Part shown: positions 54,811-64,000 of the stretch, piece after piece
Numbering within the stretch: position 1 is the stretch's first letter
Layout: the number at the start of each line of letters is the position of its first letter
Source: Nitrosopumilus sp.
GTDB taxonomy: Archaea; Thermoproteota; Nitrososphaeria; Nitrososphaerales; Nitrosopumilaceae
Assembly (NCBI GenBank): GCA_965205215.1
Contig: OZ242041.1
Coordinates: 1,440,001-1,504,000 of the forward strand
Length of the DNA stretch: 64,000 nt
Reading direction: 5' to 3'
Translations under genes and position numbers: made by a program
Notes under the pieces: generated by a model
What the model was told of the DNA's origin: nothing
What the model saw: the letters and a program-made list of their open reading frames with translations, nothing else
Database searches by the model: none

Positions 54811-55175
54811 TACTTGCGCACCTCCACCACCACGTACGAGACCGACTTTGAGATCGGCCTGCACTCTGCTGCAAGGACGCTGTCGCCGTCCTGTACCTTG
54901 ATGCATCCGGGGACGTGCGCGTGTATGGTGCTCTTGTCCCTTGCGTACCTCTTGAACTTTGCAAAGTATACCGGGACGTCCTTTTGGAGCGTGGCAGTCT
55001 GCCTCGCCTTTGCGCCCGTCACGCGCCCGTCAAAGAGCTTCCCCCTGACTGACAGTCCCCCGTGGTACGGGCAGTTCCTGTCGCCGCACGGCTGCCCCGG
55101 CGCGCGTCCGGAGCCTACCCCGATGTTCCTGGCGCTGTCGCGTCCCTCGCTGCCGTTCTGATCCTTTTCTGACAT
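54810..55175 (-). CDS. rps17: 30S ribosomal protein S17
   Basis: C.D.NCPYHG.LSVRG, ECRPISKS. Confidence 0.96.
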   Translation of the reverse strand: MSEKDQNGSEGRDSARNIGVGSGRAPGQPCGDRNCPYHGGLSVRGKLFDGRVTGAKARQTATLQKDVPVYFAKFKRYARDKSTIHAHVPGCIKVQDGDSVLAAECRPISKSVSYVVVEVRK

Positions 55176-55191
55176 CCTGCACATCCTCCTC

Positions 55192-55584
55192 CTATGCCGC
55201 CGTCCTCTCAAACGGCCTCTTTAGCATGGCGTCCCCGCTTGCCTCGCCTATGCGCGCCCCGTTCCGCGAGAACTCTAGGACGGCCCCCCTCTTTGGGATC
55301 CCCTTTGGAGCGTCGCGGCAGAGCGGCCCCTCGCTGTGGTGAGGCGGCCGTCGGCCGGCGCGATCCCCGGCGTGCGCGCGCCGGTCTCCTCCCTCTGCAA
55401 TTGCAATCATCGACTTTGTCTCGTACTGGATCCTGCCGCTCAGGCCCACCAGCGACCGGTTCGGCGCGCCGAGTACCCTGACGTCCAGCCCGACAATCTC
55501 GTGGAACGGCACGTCTTCGGCAGATATGGCTGCGCGGTGCGCCGCATCCTTGGCGGCCAGGACCGGCATGGGCGTTACGGTCAC
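55192..55584 (-). CDS. rnp1: ribonuclease P protein component 1 (Rpp29)
   Basis: HEIVGL.VRV, GLSGRI.YETK, IPK, G.....RPFER; canonical position. Confidence 0.88.
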   Translation of the reverse strand: MTVTPMPVLAAKDAAHRAAISAEDVPFHEIVGLDVRVLGAPNRSLVGLSGRIQYETKSMIAIAEGGDRRAHAGDRAGRRPPHHSEGPLCRDAPKGIPKRGAVLEFSRNGARIGEASGDAMLKRPFERTAA

Positions 55585-55826
55585 TAGTCACCGCCCCCTC
55601 CGGACTCGAGTGACTGCGCGTACTCTTCCATCCTGATCTCGCTGAGGCGGGTCTCCATGCGGGCGATGTCGCGGCGTATGGGCCTCAGCCTGCCGCTGTC
55701 CTTTTTCAGCGTGCCCTTTGTTGCAACGACCCTCAGCTTTGCAAGCTCTCCCCTGGTTTCGCGTATCTTTCCCTCCAGTTCCTTCCTGTCGTATTCCCGT
55801 ATCACTGCCATGCTCCTCCTTCTCAT
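55584..55826 (-). CDS. rpl29: 50S ribosomal protein L29
   Basis: EL..KI.E.R.EL, G.LR.IRRDIAR..T. Confidence 0.93.
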   Translation of the reverse strand: MRRRSMAVIREYDRKELEGKIRETRGELAKLRVVATKGTLKKDSGRLRPIRRDIARMETRLSEIRMEEYAQSLESGGGGD

Positions 55827-56647
55827 CTCATTGCGGCCTCCTCTTCTTCCATGGTGTCGAGCTCCTTTATGCGCTCCCCCTCTATCTTGATGTGCTCGGA
55901 CTCGGTGGCCGGGCTGCCGTCGCTTGGCGCGTCGGCATCCTTCGCCCCGCCGTCCGCTGCATTGCCGCCATCGCCACTCCCATCATCTTTATCATTATCG
56001 TCATCATCGACTCCGGCCTCCTCCCTTGCAATCTTTTTGGCCTTGGCAAGGTCTTCTGCCGATCTCATCTCGAACTCCGGAGGCCTCCGCTCCTTGTGCG
56101 CTATCCTTATCCGGACCCCGATGAGCCCCATCGGCGTGTTGACATGGGCTACGTCCTCGTCGACTATGACCTCCGCATGGTGCCCTGCGCGCGGCAGGAC
56201 GCCGGCGGTGTGCTTTTCAAAGGCCGAGCGGTCGCCCCTCAGTTTGCCGGAGACCGTAATCTGGACCCCCATGGCCCCGTTCTCCATGACCTGGTTGAGC
56301 GTCCACATGGTGGCCCTCCTGAACGCAGTACCGCGCTCCAGGTGTGCGGCCATCCTGTTGCACATCACGCTTGGCGAGAGCTCGGGCACCTCGATCTCGG
56401 TGACGGAGACCTGCGGGTTCTTCAGGCCAAAGTTGTGCTCGAGGCGCTCCGTCAGTTCGCGTATGCCCGTCCCCTTGCGCCCGATCACGATGCCCGGGCG
56501 CGTCACGTGCAGCGCGATGCGCGTACCCGTGGGGGTCTTTGATATCTCGGCGTGCGAGAAGCCGGCCTCCTTTATTGCCTGCTTGAGGTAGTCGTGCAGG
56601 AGCATCATATTGTAGTTGTCCTTTATGACGTTCTTTACGGCGGACAT
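55823..56647 (-). CDS. rps3: 30S ribosomal protein S3
   Basis: [41 protein letters not shown]. Confidence 0.97.
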   Translation of the reverse strand: MSAVKNVIKDNYNMMLLHDYLKQAIKEAGFSHAEISKTPTGTRIALHVTRPGIVIGRKGTGIRELTERLEHNFGLKNPQVSVTEIEVPELSPSVMCNRMAAHLERGTAFRRATMWTLNQVMENGAMGVQITVSGKLRGDRSAFEKHTAGVLPRAGHHAEVIVDEDVAHVNTPMGLIGVRIRIAHKERRPPEFEMRSAEDLAKAKKIAREEAGVDDDDNDKDDGSGDGGNAADGGAKDADAPSDGSPATESEHIKIEGERIKELDTMEEEEAAMR

Positions 56648-56648
56648 C

Positions 56649-57116
56649 TCATATCTCCCTTGCCACCAGTTCCAGGTGCGTCATTACGTTGTTCTTTGGG
56701 GTCGCCCTTCCCTGCGCCCTCGGTATGATGCGCTTTATCACGACGCCCTTGTGGACTGTCGCGTTGACTATCTTCAGCCTGTCCACGTCGAAGCCCTGGT
56801 ACCCGGCGTTCGCCTCCAAGTTGTCGAGGGCCCTTATGAACTCGTGCGCGGTCTTCTGGGGATAGCGGCCCGCCATCATGCCGGGATCCGAGCGGTGGCC
56901 GACCTGGCCCTTGTATCTTCCAAACGGTATGGCCCTCTCCTTGTTTGTCACGGCGGTAAGGTAGTCGCGCGCCTTTTCCAGGCTGAGCCCCGATATGGCC
57001 TTTGCGACCTCGCGGGCGTGCTTGTGCGACATGTCCTTATCCCGCACCGAGGCGCGGACGTGCTGCGTGGAGTCGAATCCCTGAAACGCATATCCGTACC
57101 GTGTCATAACAATCAC
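56649..57116 (-). CDS. rpl22: 50S ribosomal protein L22
   Basis: [28 protein letters not shown]; start may be 57107. Confidence 0.96.
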   Translation of the reverse strand: MIVMTRYGYAFQGFDSTQHVRASVRDKDMSHKHAREVAKAISGLSLEKARDYLTAVTNKERAIPFGRYKGQVGHRSDPGMMAGRYPQKTAHEFIRALDNLEANAGYQGFDVDRLKIVNATVHKGVVIKRIIPRAQGRATPKNNVMTHLELVAREI

Positions 57117-57508
57117 TTCAGCGGGACATAGAGGCTTGACCTCGAGGCCCCGACGCCCGGCGCGCCGTGGGAGACCTTTTTGTTAGTAATCACGTACTCG
57201 CCCAGGTAGTGGCCGATCATCTCCGGCCTCAGCAGGACGGGCGCAAACTCCTTGCCAGAAAACACGTTTACCGTAACGCCCATCATACTGGGCAGGATGA
57301 TGAGGTCGCGCAGGTGCGTCTTTATTGGGTTCGTAAGGGTTCCAGCCTTGGCCGCCTTTATCTCCTCTATGAGCTTGCGCTTTGAGTCGGTTATGCCCCT
57401 GGTAAGCGAGCGCCGCTGCCTGGAGTTCAGCAGCGAGAATACCTTCTCAAGGGACAACGACTCCAGTTCGGCAATCGGTATTCCGCGATAGTTGAACTCT
57501 TTTACCAT
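57113..57508 (-). CDS. rps19: 30S ribosomal protein S19
   Basis: F.YRG, IKTHLRD.IILP, PEMIGHYLGE, HGAPGVGASRSS. Confidence 0.97.
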   Translation of the reverse strand: MVKEFNYRGIPIAELESLSLEKVFSLLNSRQRRSLTRGITDSKRKLIEEIKAAKAGTLTNPIKTHLRDLIILPSMMGVTVNVFSGKEFAPVLLRPEMIGHYLGEYVITNKKVSHGAPGVGASRSSLYVPLK

Positions 57509-57786
57509 CTGTATGGCACCCCTCTGGTTTGCCCGGACCTGATGGCGGCCGCGCCGGCTGCTGCCGCGGCGTCCGTCATGCGTGATGCACCTGCAGTCAT
57601 TATGCGGGCCGTGCGTGGCAGGCGGTTATTATATGTGATGAAATTATTATCTGTCCGCGTCCGACATGCGATGCGGGCTGCCGGCGCCTTGGCGGGCATG
57701 CGTGTTGCCGTGGGTATGGTTGCCGTCATCTTCGCGCCCCTTGTCACCGTCGTCATCATCATCATCATTGTCCTTGCCACTCTCAG

Positions 57787-58089
57787 TCACAGCATTCCAA
57801 TGTCCGTCGCAAGATCCCTTGCCATCTCCGCGTTCTCAAACTGCACAAACGCCTTCTTGCCGTATATGGTCCGGGCCGTGTTGACACCGCGCGCCGTCTT
57901 TCCGTACAGCACCTTTATGGCGTCCGCAATCTCGTGCTTTGTCGCCGTGCGGCTTACGATAAAGCAGATCTTCGCCTCCGACTCTACCATCTCAAAGGTG
58001 CGTTCCGTCACGTAGGGCCTGATCATGATGCGCGCGGCGGTGTCGGCGTCCATCTCCCTTGCCTTGCCGCTGCCGCTGCCACTGCTCAT
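57787..58089 (-). CDS. rpl23: 50S ribosomal protein L23
   Basis: RPYVTE, F.V...ATK.EI..A...LY, VNT.RT..GKKAFV. Confidence 0.95.
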   Translation of the reverse strand: MSSGSGSGKAREMDADTAARIMIRPYVTERTFEMVESEAKICFIVSRTATKHEIADAIKVLYGKTARGVNTARTIYGKKAFVQFENAEMARDLATDIGML

Positions 58090-59027
58090 TTCAGTTCTGC
58101 CTCCCTCGGTTTGTCGTCACCTGCGGGCTCGCCGCCGGGCATCATGCCCATCACGTCCAGGTGGGCGGATCTTACGCGCCCGAGCTGCTCGACTGCGGAC
58201 CTCGTAAACACAGTAAGCCTTATCGGATCCGAGCCCGGCGCCAAGTCAAGCACGCTCAGCTCGGAGACCCCGCGCGCCTCGACCCCCGGAAGGGACCCTA
58301 CGGCGCTCTTCAGCGGGACGTTGCCGTCGCCGGCCACCACAAACAGCACGCTCTTGCCCCTCTTCTTTGAGCGGCCCCTGAGCGAGGGGCGTCCGGAGCG
58401 GGCCTTGCGACTCCTGAGCCGCTCCACGTCGTCGCCGAGCCCGAGCTTTTCGACGAGCGCCAGCACCTCGCGGGTCGTTGCATGCTGTCCTATGTCGTCC
58501 TCTATTACAATTGGAAATACTCCCTTCATCCCGTCCGCGTACCCCGCGACCTTGTGCCCCCTCGACTCGACAATCCTCCTGGACGCCGTGGCCGCGACCG
58601 CGGAGCAGAACGCCAGCCTGCCCTCCTTCTTGTTGAGTTTCTTGTAGATGGCCTTTTCTGCAGCCGGCGGGTGGGCCTGCCTGCCTCCCCGGGTCGACGC
58701 GACCTCCGCGCCCTCGCCGCGGCGCCTCCCGCCGCCCCCGCGGGCCCTTGCAATGCGCGCAATGCCCCTTCCTGTGGGCGGATCGTTGGTGTCGGCCACC
58801 ACGTCCATGCCGGCCGTGGGATGCCTTCCCTGCGGCTGGAAGGAGTGCGAGGACAGGTGCACGAACGCCTTGTGTATCAGGTCGGGCCTGAACGGCGTCT
58901 GAAATATCGGCGGCAGCGGCAGCGCGTGGCCGGAAGAACCGTTATCGTCACCTGCAGGAGGCACCTCGCCGCTGGCTGGGATCACGGAGACTACTGCAGC
59001 TGCCGCGTTTGTATTGTTCCGGGCCAC
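58086..59027 (-). CDS. rpl4: 50S ribosomal protein L4
   Basis: RPDLI.KA, GRGIARI.R, GGRQAHPP, KKLNKKE, LAPG..P.RLT; GTG start overlapping rpl3 stop (TAGTG). Confidence 0.94.
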   Translation of the reverse strand: MARNNTNAAAAVVSVIPASGEVPPAGDDNGSSGHALPLPPIFQTPFRPDLIHKAFVHLSSHSFQPQGRHPTAGMDVVADTNDPPTGRGIARIARARGGGGRRRGEGAEVASTRGGRQAHPPAAEKAIYKKLNKKEGRLAFCSAVAATASRRIVESRGHKVAGYADGMKGVFPIVIEDDIGQHATTREVLALVEKLGLGDDVERLRSRKARSGRPSLRGRSKKRGKSVLFVVAGDGNVPLKSAVGSLPGVEARGVSELSVLDLAPGSDPIRLTVFTRSAVEQLGRVRSAHLDVMGMMPGGEPAGDDKPREAELK

Positions 59028-60154
59028 TATACCACGACCTCCAGTATGTTCGGCTTTGAGACCTTGGCGGGCTTGTTTCTGACCTGGCTTCGCAGCTTGA
59101 CAAGCCTCCTGTACGTTCCGGGAACCGAGCCCTTCAGGATTACGTACTCGCCCTTTACCAGCCCAAAGTGCTTGTAGCCCCCGGCCGGGTTGATGCCCCT
59201 GTTCTGCTGCTGCAGCTGCTGCGCGGATTGGGAGCCGGCGCCTCTGCGCCTTTTTACGCCGTCGGACTTCTTCGAGCCCGCGGCAGCGGCGGCGGACTGC
59301 GCCTCCATCTCCTGCCGCCTCTGCTCCTCCTCTGCCGTCGCGTCGCCCACTATCATTATCCTCTTGTTGTATTCGGTCCTCTGGTGGAAGCCGAACTGTC
59401 CGGCCCTCGGAACCGTATACATGACGCTCTGCGGCGATATGGGCCCAAGCGATCCGACCTCGCGCACGGTCTTTCTTGACTTGTGCTGCTTCTTCTTTAC
59501 GTTCCACCGCTTCAGGACGCCCTGCCATCCCTTGCCTTTTGTGATGGCCGCCACGTCAACGCTGGAGCCGGCCTCAAATGTGTCCGATATGCTGACCTGC
59601 TTGCCGAGCATCCCGCTCAAATACTCAAACTGTTGCGCGATGGTGCCGCCGCCCACCATGCCCTCAAATATGTAGGGGTTCTTCTGCTCCAGTCCCGCCT
59701 GCCTCGGCGAGACTGCCAGTATCGCGTACAGCTCGCTTATGCGGCCGAGTGACGCCTCCGCATTCTTGAGGGCGTTCTCGTCCCCGTTCTTTAGCTTGAT
59801 CACCTTTGCCATCTCGCGCGGCATGTCCTCCGCGTACACGTCGAATGCCGCGTACAGCCCGCGCGCGGCGTCCCTTGCATAGCCGCGAATACCCAGTATC
59901 AGCACCGGCGGGGTCGCAAGGACGGTTCCCAAGCTCACAAGCTGTTTGCCGGCGTTGGGCACCTTCTCCCTGTCGTCGATGCTTACTATCTGCACGCAGC
60001 CGGCCTTGAAGCCGCAGTGCGCAAGTATGCGGGGCTCCTGTGTCTCGTCAACCTCGGGCCACGCCCTTATGCGGGCCTCCATGCTCTTGGCCCTTGCGCG
60101 CGGCGAGTATGCCAGGCTTCCGCGCCGTGGCGAGTGTCTCTTTCTTGCACCCAT
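59027..60154 (-). CDS. rpl3: 50S ribosomal protein L3 with internal low-complexity insertion
   Basis: PRRGSLAYSPR, GFKAG, TKGKG.QG, PRAGQ.GFHQRTEYNKRI, LKGSVPG. Confidence 0.97.
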   Translation of the reverse strand: MGARKRHSPRRGSLAYSPRARAKSMEARIRAWPEVDETQEPRILAHCGFKAGCVQIVSIDDREKVPNAGKQLVSLGTVLATPPVLILGIRGYARDAARGLYAAFDVYAEDMPREMAKVIKLKNGDENALKNAEASLGRISELYAILAVSPRQAGLEQKNPYIFEGMVGGGTIAQQFEYLSGMLGKQVSISDTFEAGSSVDVAAITKGKGWQGVLKRWNVKKKQHKSRKTVREVGSLGPISPQSVMYTVPRAGQFGFHQRTEYNKRIMIVGDATAEEEQRRQEMEAQSAAAAAGSKKSDGVKRRRGAGSQSAQQLQQQNRGINPAGGYKHFGLVKGEYVILKGSVPGTYRRLVKLRSQVRNKPAKVSKPNILEVVV

Positions 60155-60178
60155 GCTTGGGGCGTGAAATTTCCGCCT

Positions 60179-60196
60179 CTTTTAAACCCTTTTGCA
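60179..60196 (-). promoter_or_regulatory. BRE/TATA promoter of the rpl3 operon
   Basis: Minus strand GCAAAAGGGTTTAAAAG ~25 bp upstream of ATG 60154. Confidence 0.6.
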
Positions 60197-60921
60197 GAGT
60201 GGTTAACCTTGTCGTGAGAGATATTAGCTATTTGTAACGGTGGGGCTTTCGTCTACGCTGCGGTTGTGGCTGCTGCTGCTGCTGCTGCTGCGGCTGTTGT
60301 TGTTGTTGCCGGATGGGTAAAAAGAAGCATGATCGACGGGCCTTGCATGCGCGTAAAGGTCTTGGAGCCTTGAGATGCCGCCTGCGCCTACTTGCCAACT
60401 TTGCTCAAGGCTGCCGGGCAGCTCCTGCAAATTCATTCTTGAAGGGAGGATCTATGCCTGTGGATTTGAATTCGGCATCGACCCTCGCCGTAGCGCAATC
60501 AATATATGAATCCGATGCCGTTACAAGTTGATCTTGGGAATGCCGCACGCAGCGCAACGCACTGGCAGCAGACTAACTTGTAGCCTTCCGACGGCTTGCG
60601 TACGCCGGAGTCTTGTAGCAGCACACAGAATGGCGCGTGCGCGCGATACCGGCATGTCCGGACGGGATAGATTGTTGTGACAGTTATGAAAGATGATAAG
60701 GGCGTGTCAGGTACGGGTGCGGCGGCATCTGGGGCGGCAGCAGCAGGTACGACGGTGTTGGAGCAATAGATGGACGCCGCCATAGTTCCCCCTGACACCT
60801 CCGTCATGATTTACAGAGCCGCAGCACGGGCCTTGCTCCGCGCCGCTTCACGCGGCATGCACGCGCCGTTGCAGAGGCGCACTGCGGCGGGATCCACGGC
60901 AGTCCAGGGAGGCGCCGCCGC

Positions 60922-62226
60922 ATGGTAGACATCTGGGTCGAGGCCGCCGCGCTCGCGGCGCTCTTGGGGCTGTCCGGATTCTTCAGCGGGCTCGAGGTGG
61001 CCCTGGTGGGCGTCCGCATGTCTGCCGTGGAGCAGATGCTCTCGGAGGGCAAGAAGGGCTCAAGGGCGCTGCACCGGCTAAAGTCCAACCCGGGATGGAT
61101 GATGTCAAGCGTCAACCTTGGAAACAACCTGGTCAACGTGGGCGCCTCGGCCCTTGCCACCAGCGTCGCAATCAGGCTGTTTGGAAACGAGGGGCTCGGG
61201 ATCGCCATCGGGGTGATGACCTTCCTCATACTGATATTCGGCGAGATCACGCCAAAGACGTACTGCAACGCGAACGCGGCAAAGATAGCGCTCCGGTACG
61301 CGCCAGTCCTGCTCGGGTTCAGCTATGCGCTGTACCCCGTGGTAAAGTTCTTTGAGATAGTGACGAGGCGCGTGGTGCGCCTGACGGGCAGCAGCGACTC
61401 CCCTCCCCCCATAACCGAGGAGGAGATACGGGGCGTGATAGAGCAGGGCCGCAAGGAGAAGGCCCTGGAAAAGGAGGAGGTCGACATGCTCCACGGGGCC
61501 CTGAGCTTTGACGACACCGTGATACGCGCCGTGATGACGCCGCGCACGAAGATGTTCGCGCTAAACGCGAGGATGATGCTCTTCGAGGCGCTCCCGGAGA
61601 TCAACCGCAGCGGCCACTCTAGGATACCGATATACGGCGACTCCGCGGACGACATCGTGGGTTTCATCCACGTCAGGGACGTGCTCAGGGAACTGGAGCG
61701 CGACAACAAGATGACCCGGCTCGACAAGATATCGCGCGAGGCCGTGTTCGCATCGCAGGAGAAGACGATAAGCGCCCTTTTGCGCGAGATGCAGGGGCGG
61801 CAGACGCACATGGCCATAGTGGTGGACGAGCACGGCGGCGTGGAGGGACTGGTGACGCTCGAGGACCTGCTGGAGGAGATCGTCGGCGAGATAGAGGACG
61901 AGACGGACGCCGCGCGGCGCGCAAAGTACACGCGCGTCGACGCGGACACCATAATCGCGGACGGGGACATCGAGATCGATGCGGTGAACGAGGCGCTCGG
62001 GGCAAGCGTCCCGATGGGCGACGACTATGCGTCGCTCAGCGGGCTGCTGCATGAGAAGCTGCAGGACATACCGCAGGCCGGCGACAAGGTGGAGGTCGGG
62101 GGGCTGCGCATCATAGTCGAGAAGACCTCGAGGAACGTCCCGCAAAAGGTCCGGATAGAGAGGACCGCGGAGGCGGCGGCAGGCGGCGCCGCGTCAAGAA
62201 ACGGCGGCAGCGGCAGCGGCGCATGA
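60922..62226 (+). CDS. CNNM/CorC-HlyC (hemolysin family) CBS-domain membrane protein
   Basis: SGFFSG.E.A, GNNLVN, FGEITPK, VMTPR, HSRIPIY, VVDEHGG.EGLVTLED.LEEIVGEI.DE. Confidence 0.93.
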   Translation: MVDIWVEAAALAALLGLSGFFSGLEVALVGVRMSAVEQMLSEGKKGSRALHRLKSNPGWMMSSVNLGNNLVNVGASALATSVAIRLFGNEGLGIAIGVMTFLILIFGEITPKTYCNANAAKIALRYAPVLLGFSYALYPVVKFFEIVTRRVVRLTGSSDSPPPITEEEIRGVIEQGRKEKALEKEEVDMLHGALSFDDTVIRAVMTPRTKMFALNARMMLFEALPEINRSGHSRIPIYGDSADDIVGFIHVRDVLRELERDNKMTRLDKISREAVFASQEKTISALLREMQGRQTHMAIVVDEHGGVEGLVTLEDLLEEIVGEIEDETDAARRAKYTRVDADTIIADGDIEIDAVNEALGASVPMGDDYASLSGLLHEKLQDIPQAGDKVEVGGLRIIVEKTSRNVPQKVRIERTAEAAAGGAASRNGGSGSGA

Positions 62227-62253
62227 CGCGCCCCGTGCCAGATCCGCGCCGGA

Positions 62254-63345
62254 CTATGCAAACGTCTCCTGCAGGATGCGCTTCTTTTCTGCCATGTGGA
62301 ACACCCTCTCCGTGTGGGCCGCGGCCTCCTCGTAGGGCCGGCCCATCGCCATGGCCTGCAGCAGCATGTGGTTCTCCGGGATCACGATGCCGGTCTGGTC
62401 GTCCGAGTACATCACCTGTATGGTGTCGCCGTGCACCTCCGTCATGTTTGCGTGCACGTGCACGAGGTTTGTGTCCACAAAGCTGAATCCCATCTTCCTC
62501 GCGCACTCCCGTATCTCGGCCGTGCCCTTCGCCCCGTGCAGTATGGCGATCCCGGGCTCCCGCCCCAGAAGTCCGTGCAGCTCTGCCGCGTCCGGCACGG
62601 CGCCCGACTCGGCCGCCTCGCGGGAGAAGCGTATGTCCATTATGTGCAGGTGCATCTGCCGCGTGGGCACCTTCACGGCCCTGACGTGCAGTGGGGGCGG
62701 CAGGTCGGCCTTTCCGCTGCCTCCGCCTGTCCCAAACGCCGCCATGACGTCGCGGCCGTGGTGTGGTGCCTCGGTCATCTCTATCGTGTCGGGAACCTCC
62801 TTGTCTGCCTGCTCGATGTCGGCCCACCTCCGGATCAGCGTCACGTCGATGCGGCTTATGCCGTTTCCGTACGCGTTGCGCAGGGGCATCAGCATGCGCC
62901 CCATCCCGGTCACGTTGCAGCTCCCCTGCATGACGTGTTTCGCGTTTATCGCCCTGTCGTAATTGGTCCGGGAGTTGAACAGCAGGTCCGACACGGCCTC
63001 GGGCCCCTCGACCGACTCCCCGCCCTGGTATATTGCAGGTATGCCGCCCGGCTCGTAGAGGTGCGTCTTGTTTGCGTACCCGCACCCGCCCGGCGACGCG
63101 TCTATCACGATGTCGGACTTTGCAATGGCCGATTTTATGGTGCCCCTCACGCCGCCGTACCCCTCAAAGTCCGGCAGCTTGGATTCGGGCACGTACACGT
63201 CGATGCCCTTCGAGGCGGCCTCTGCCACCTTGGGGTCCGGAGACTGCTTGCCCACCCCGGTGACCTCCAGTTCCGGGTCGTCTAGCAGGAACGACGCCAG
63301 CCTGCTCCCTATCGAGCCGTACCCGTTTACAAAGACCCGTTTCAT
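62254..63345 (-). CDS. gap: type II (archaeal) glyceraldehyde-3-phosphate dehydrogenase
   Basis: VNGYGSIG.R, IYQGGE, catalytic SCN.TG, RR.AD, HHG.DV, IVIPEN. Confidence 0.92.
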   Translation of the reverse strand: MKRVFVNGYGSIGSRLASFLLDDPELEVTGVGKQSPDPKVAEAASKGIDVYVPESKLPDFEGYGGVRGTIKSAIAKSDIVIDASPGGCGYANKTHLYEPGGIPAIYQGGESVEGPEAVSDLLFNSRTNYDRAINAKHVMQGSCNVTGMGRMLMPLRNAYGNGISRIDVTLIRRWADIEQADKEVPDTIEMTEAPHHGRDVMAAFGTGGGSGKADLPPPLHVRAVKVPTRQMHLHIMDIRFSREAAESGAVPDAAELHGLLGREPGIAILHGAKGTAEIRECARKMGFSFVDTNLVHVHANMTEVHGDTIQVMYSDDQTGIVIPENHMLLQAMAMGRPYEEAAAHTERVFHMAEKKRILQETFA

Positions 63346-63459
63346 GCCGATGAACCGGGGCGTGGGATATTTAGTCTGTTTGCCCGCGCCCGGATGCGCC
63401 CGCGCCCGGAGGGCGGCAGTGCCGCGCGGGGAATCCCGGGCGGGGACTTGCGCAGGTCG

Positions 63460-64000
63460 TCAGCCGGGCCTGATCAACCCGGCCTCGATCAGATGCGACA
63501 GGGCCGCCATGGCGTCGTCGTCGCTGACATCGCCGGACTCCCACCACATGAGAAGGGTTGCGACCCAGTCCGGTATGGACGGCCCCGCCTGCTCGTCCGG
63601 GGGCAGGGGTTCTGGCAGCAGCGAGTGCTCGGACAGCAGCAGCAGCGATGTGTACGCCGCACTGTCCGGGGCGGCTCCGGACGCCCACGCCCACATGTCC
63701 TGCCGTATGTAGTCGGCCAGCAGGGCAGGCAGTGTCTCGCCCCGCTCAAAGCCGCGTATCGTAAAGACGTCCTGGGAGTGGCCGCGCACGTCAAATGAGA
63801 CGTGCCACAGCCCCATGTCGTCTGCGCGCTGCGTATGGTTGATGGACTCGCCGTTCCTGTACACCTCAAACGACTCGTCGCGCGTGACGGGAGGTATCTC
63901 CACCGTTGCAAACGTCTCAAAGGGGTAGCTGTTGGTGCTCTGTATCTCGACGCTGAGTCCGTCCTCTGCAAAGACGGGCCTGTAAAGCCAGGCCCCCGAC
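63460..64000 (-). CDS. partial (5' end outside window) thaumarchaeal surface/secreted protein
   Basis: Frame stays open to the window edge; C-terminal IPDWV...MWWESG.VSD......L.HLI..GLI domain typical of thaumarchaeal exported proteins. Confidence 0.75.
   Translation of the reverse strand, partial: SGAWLYRPVFAEDGLSVEIQSTNSYPFETFATVEIPPVTRDESFEVYRNGESINHTQRADDMGLWHVSFDVRGHSQDVFTIRGFERGETLPALLADYIRQDMWAWASGAAPDSAAYTSLLLLSEHSLLPEPLPPDEQAGPSIPDWVATLLMWWESGDVSDDDAMAALSHLIEAGLIRPG

Noticed and set aside
59028-59528. 166-aa N-terminal extension of L4 in the ORF track
   Set aside because: It overlaps rpl3 in another frame; the coupled GTG at 59027 is the plausible start
60435-60580. Cobalamin riboswitch
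   Set aside because: Only scattered partial words match; the B12-box and conserved spacing are absent

Overview
This is a GC-rich archaeal chromosome segment from an ammonia-oxidiser lineage (Nitrososphaerota, Nitrosopumilaceae/Cenarchaeum-like). The assignment rests on group I.1a-type 16S/23S rRNA, a hemL-like gene next to the rRNA operon, a PEFG-CTERM protein and the thaumarchaeal ribosomal gene order. A host-associated (e.g. sponge) lifestyle is only an inference. The window holds a 16S-23S operon, tRNA-Ser(CGA), tRNA-Asn(GTT), an rpl3-to-rpl6 ribosomal cluster, purC, msrA, birA, nreA, type II GAPDH, an FTR1 plus PEFG-CTERM iron-uptake pair and an intact IS5-family element with TIRs and an 8-bp TSD. 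Four things stand out. (1) An extended polyhydroxyalkanoate locus has phaE-phaC plus an apparent haloarchaeal-style phaR(AbrB)-phasin operon, a candidate depolymerase, and a PhaE with a ~330-aa disordered Arg/Gln-rich tail. (2) Three copies of a 28-bp 11-6-11 palindrome (dif/Xer-like geometry) lie where gene orientation flips, together with G-string inverted repeats. (3) A secreted protein consists of ten tandem Cache-like domains with no signalling output. (4) Low-complexity expansions are pervasive, even in ribosomal proteins. All family assignments were made by eye from motifs; no database searches were run.
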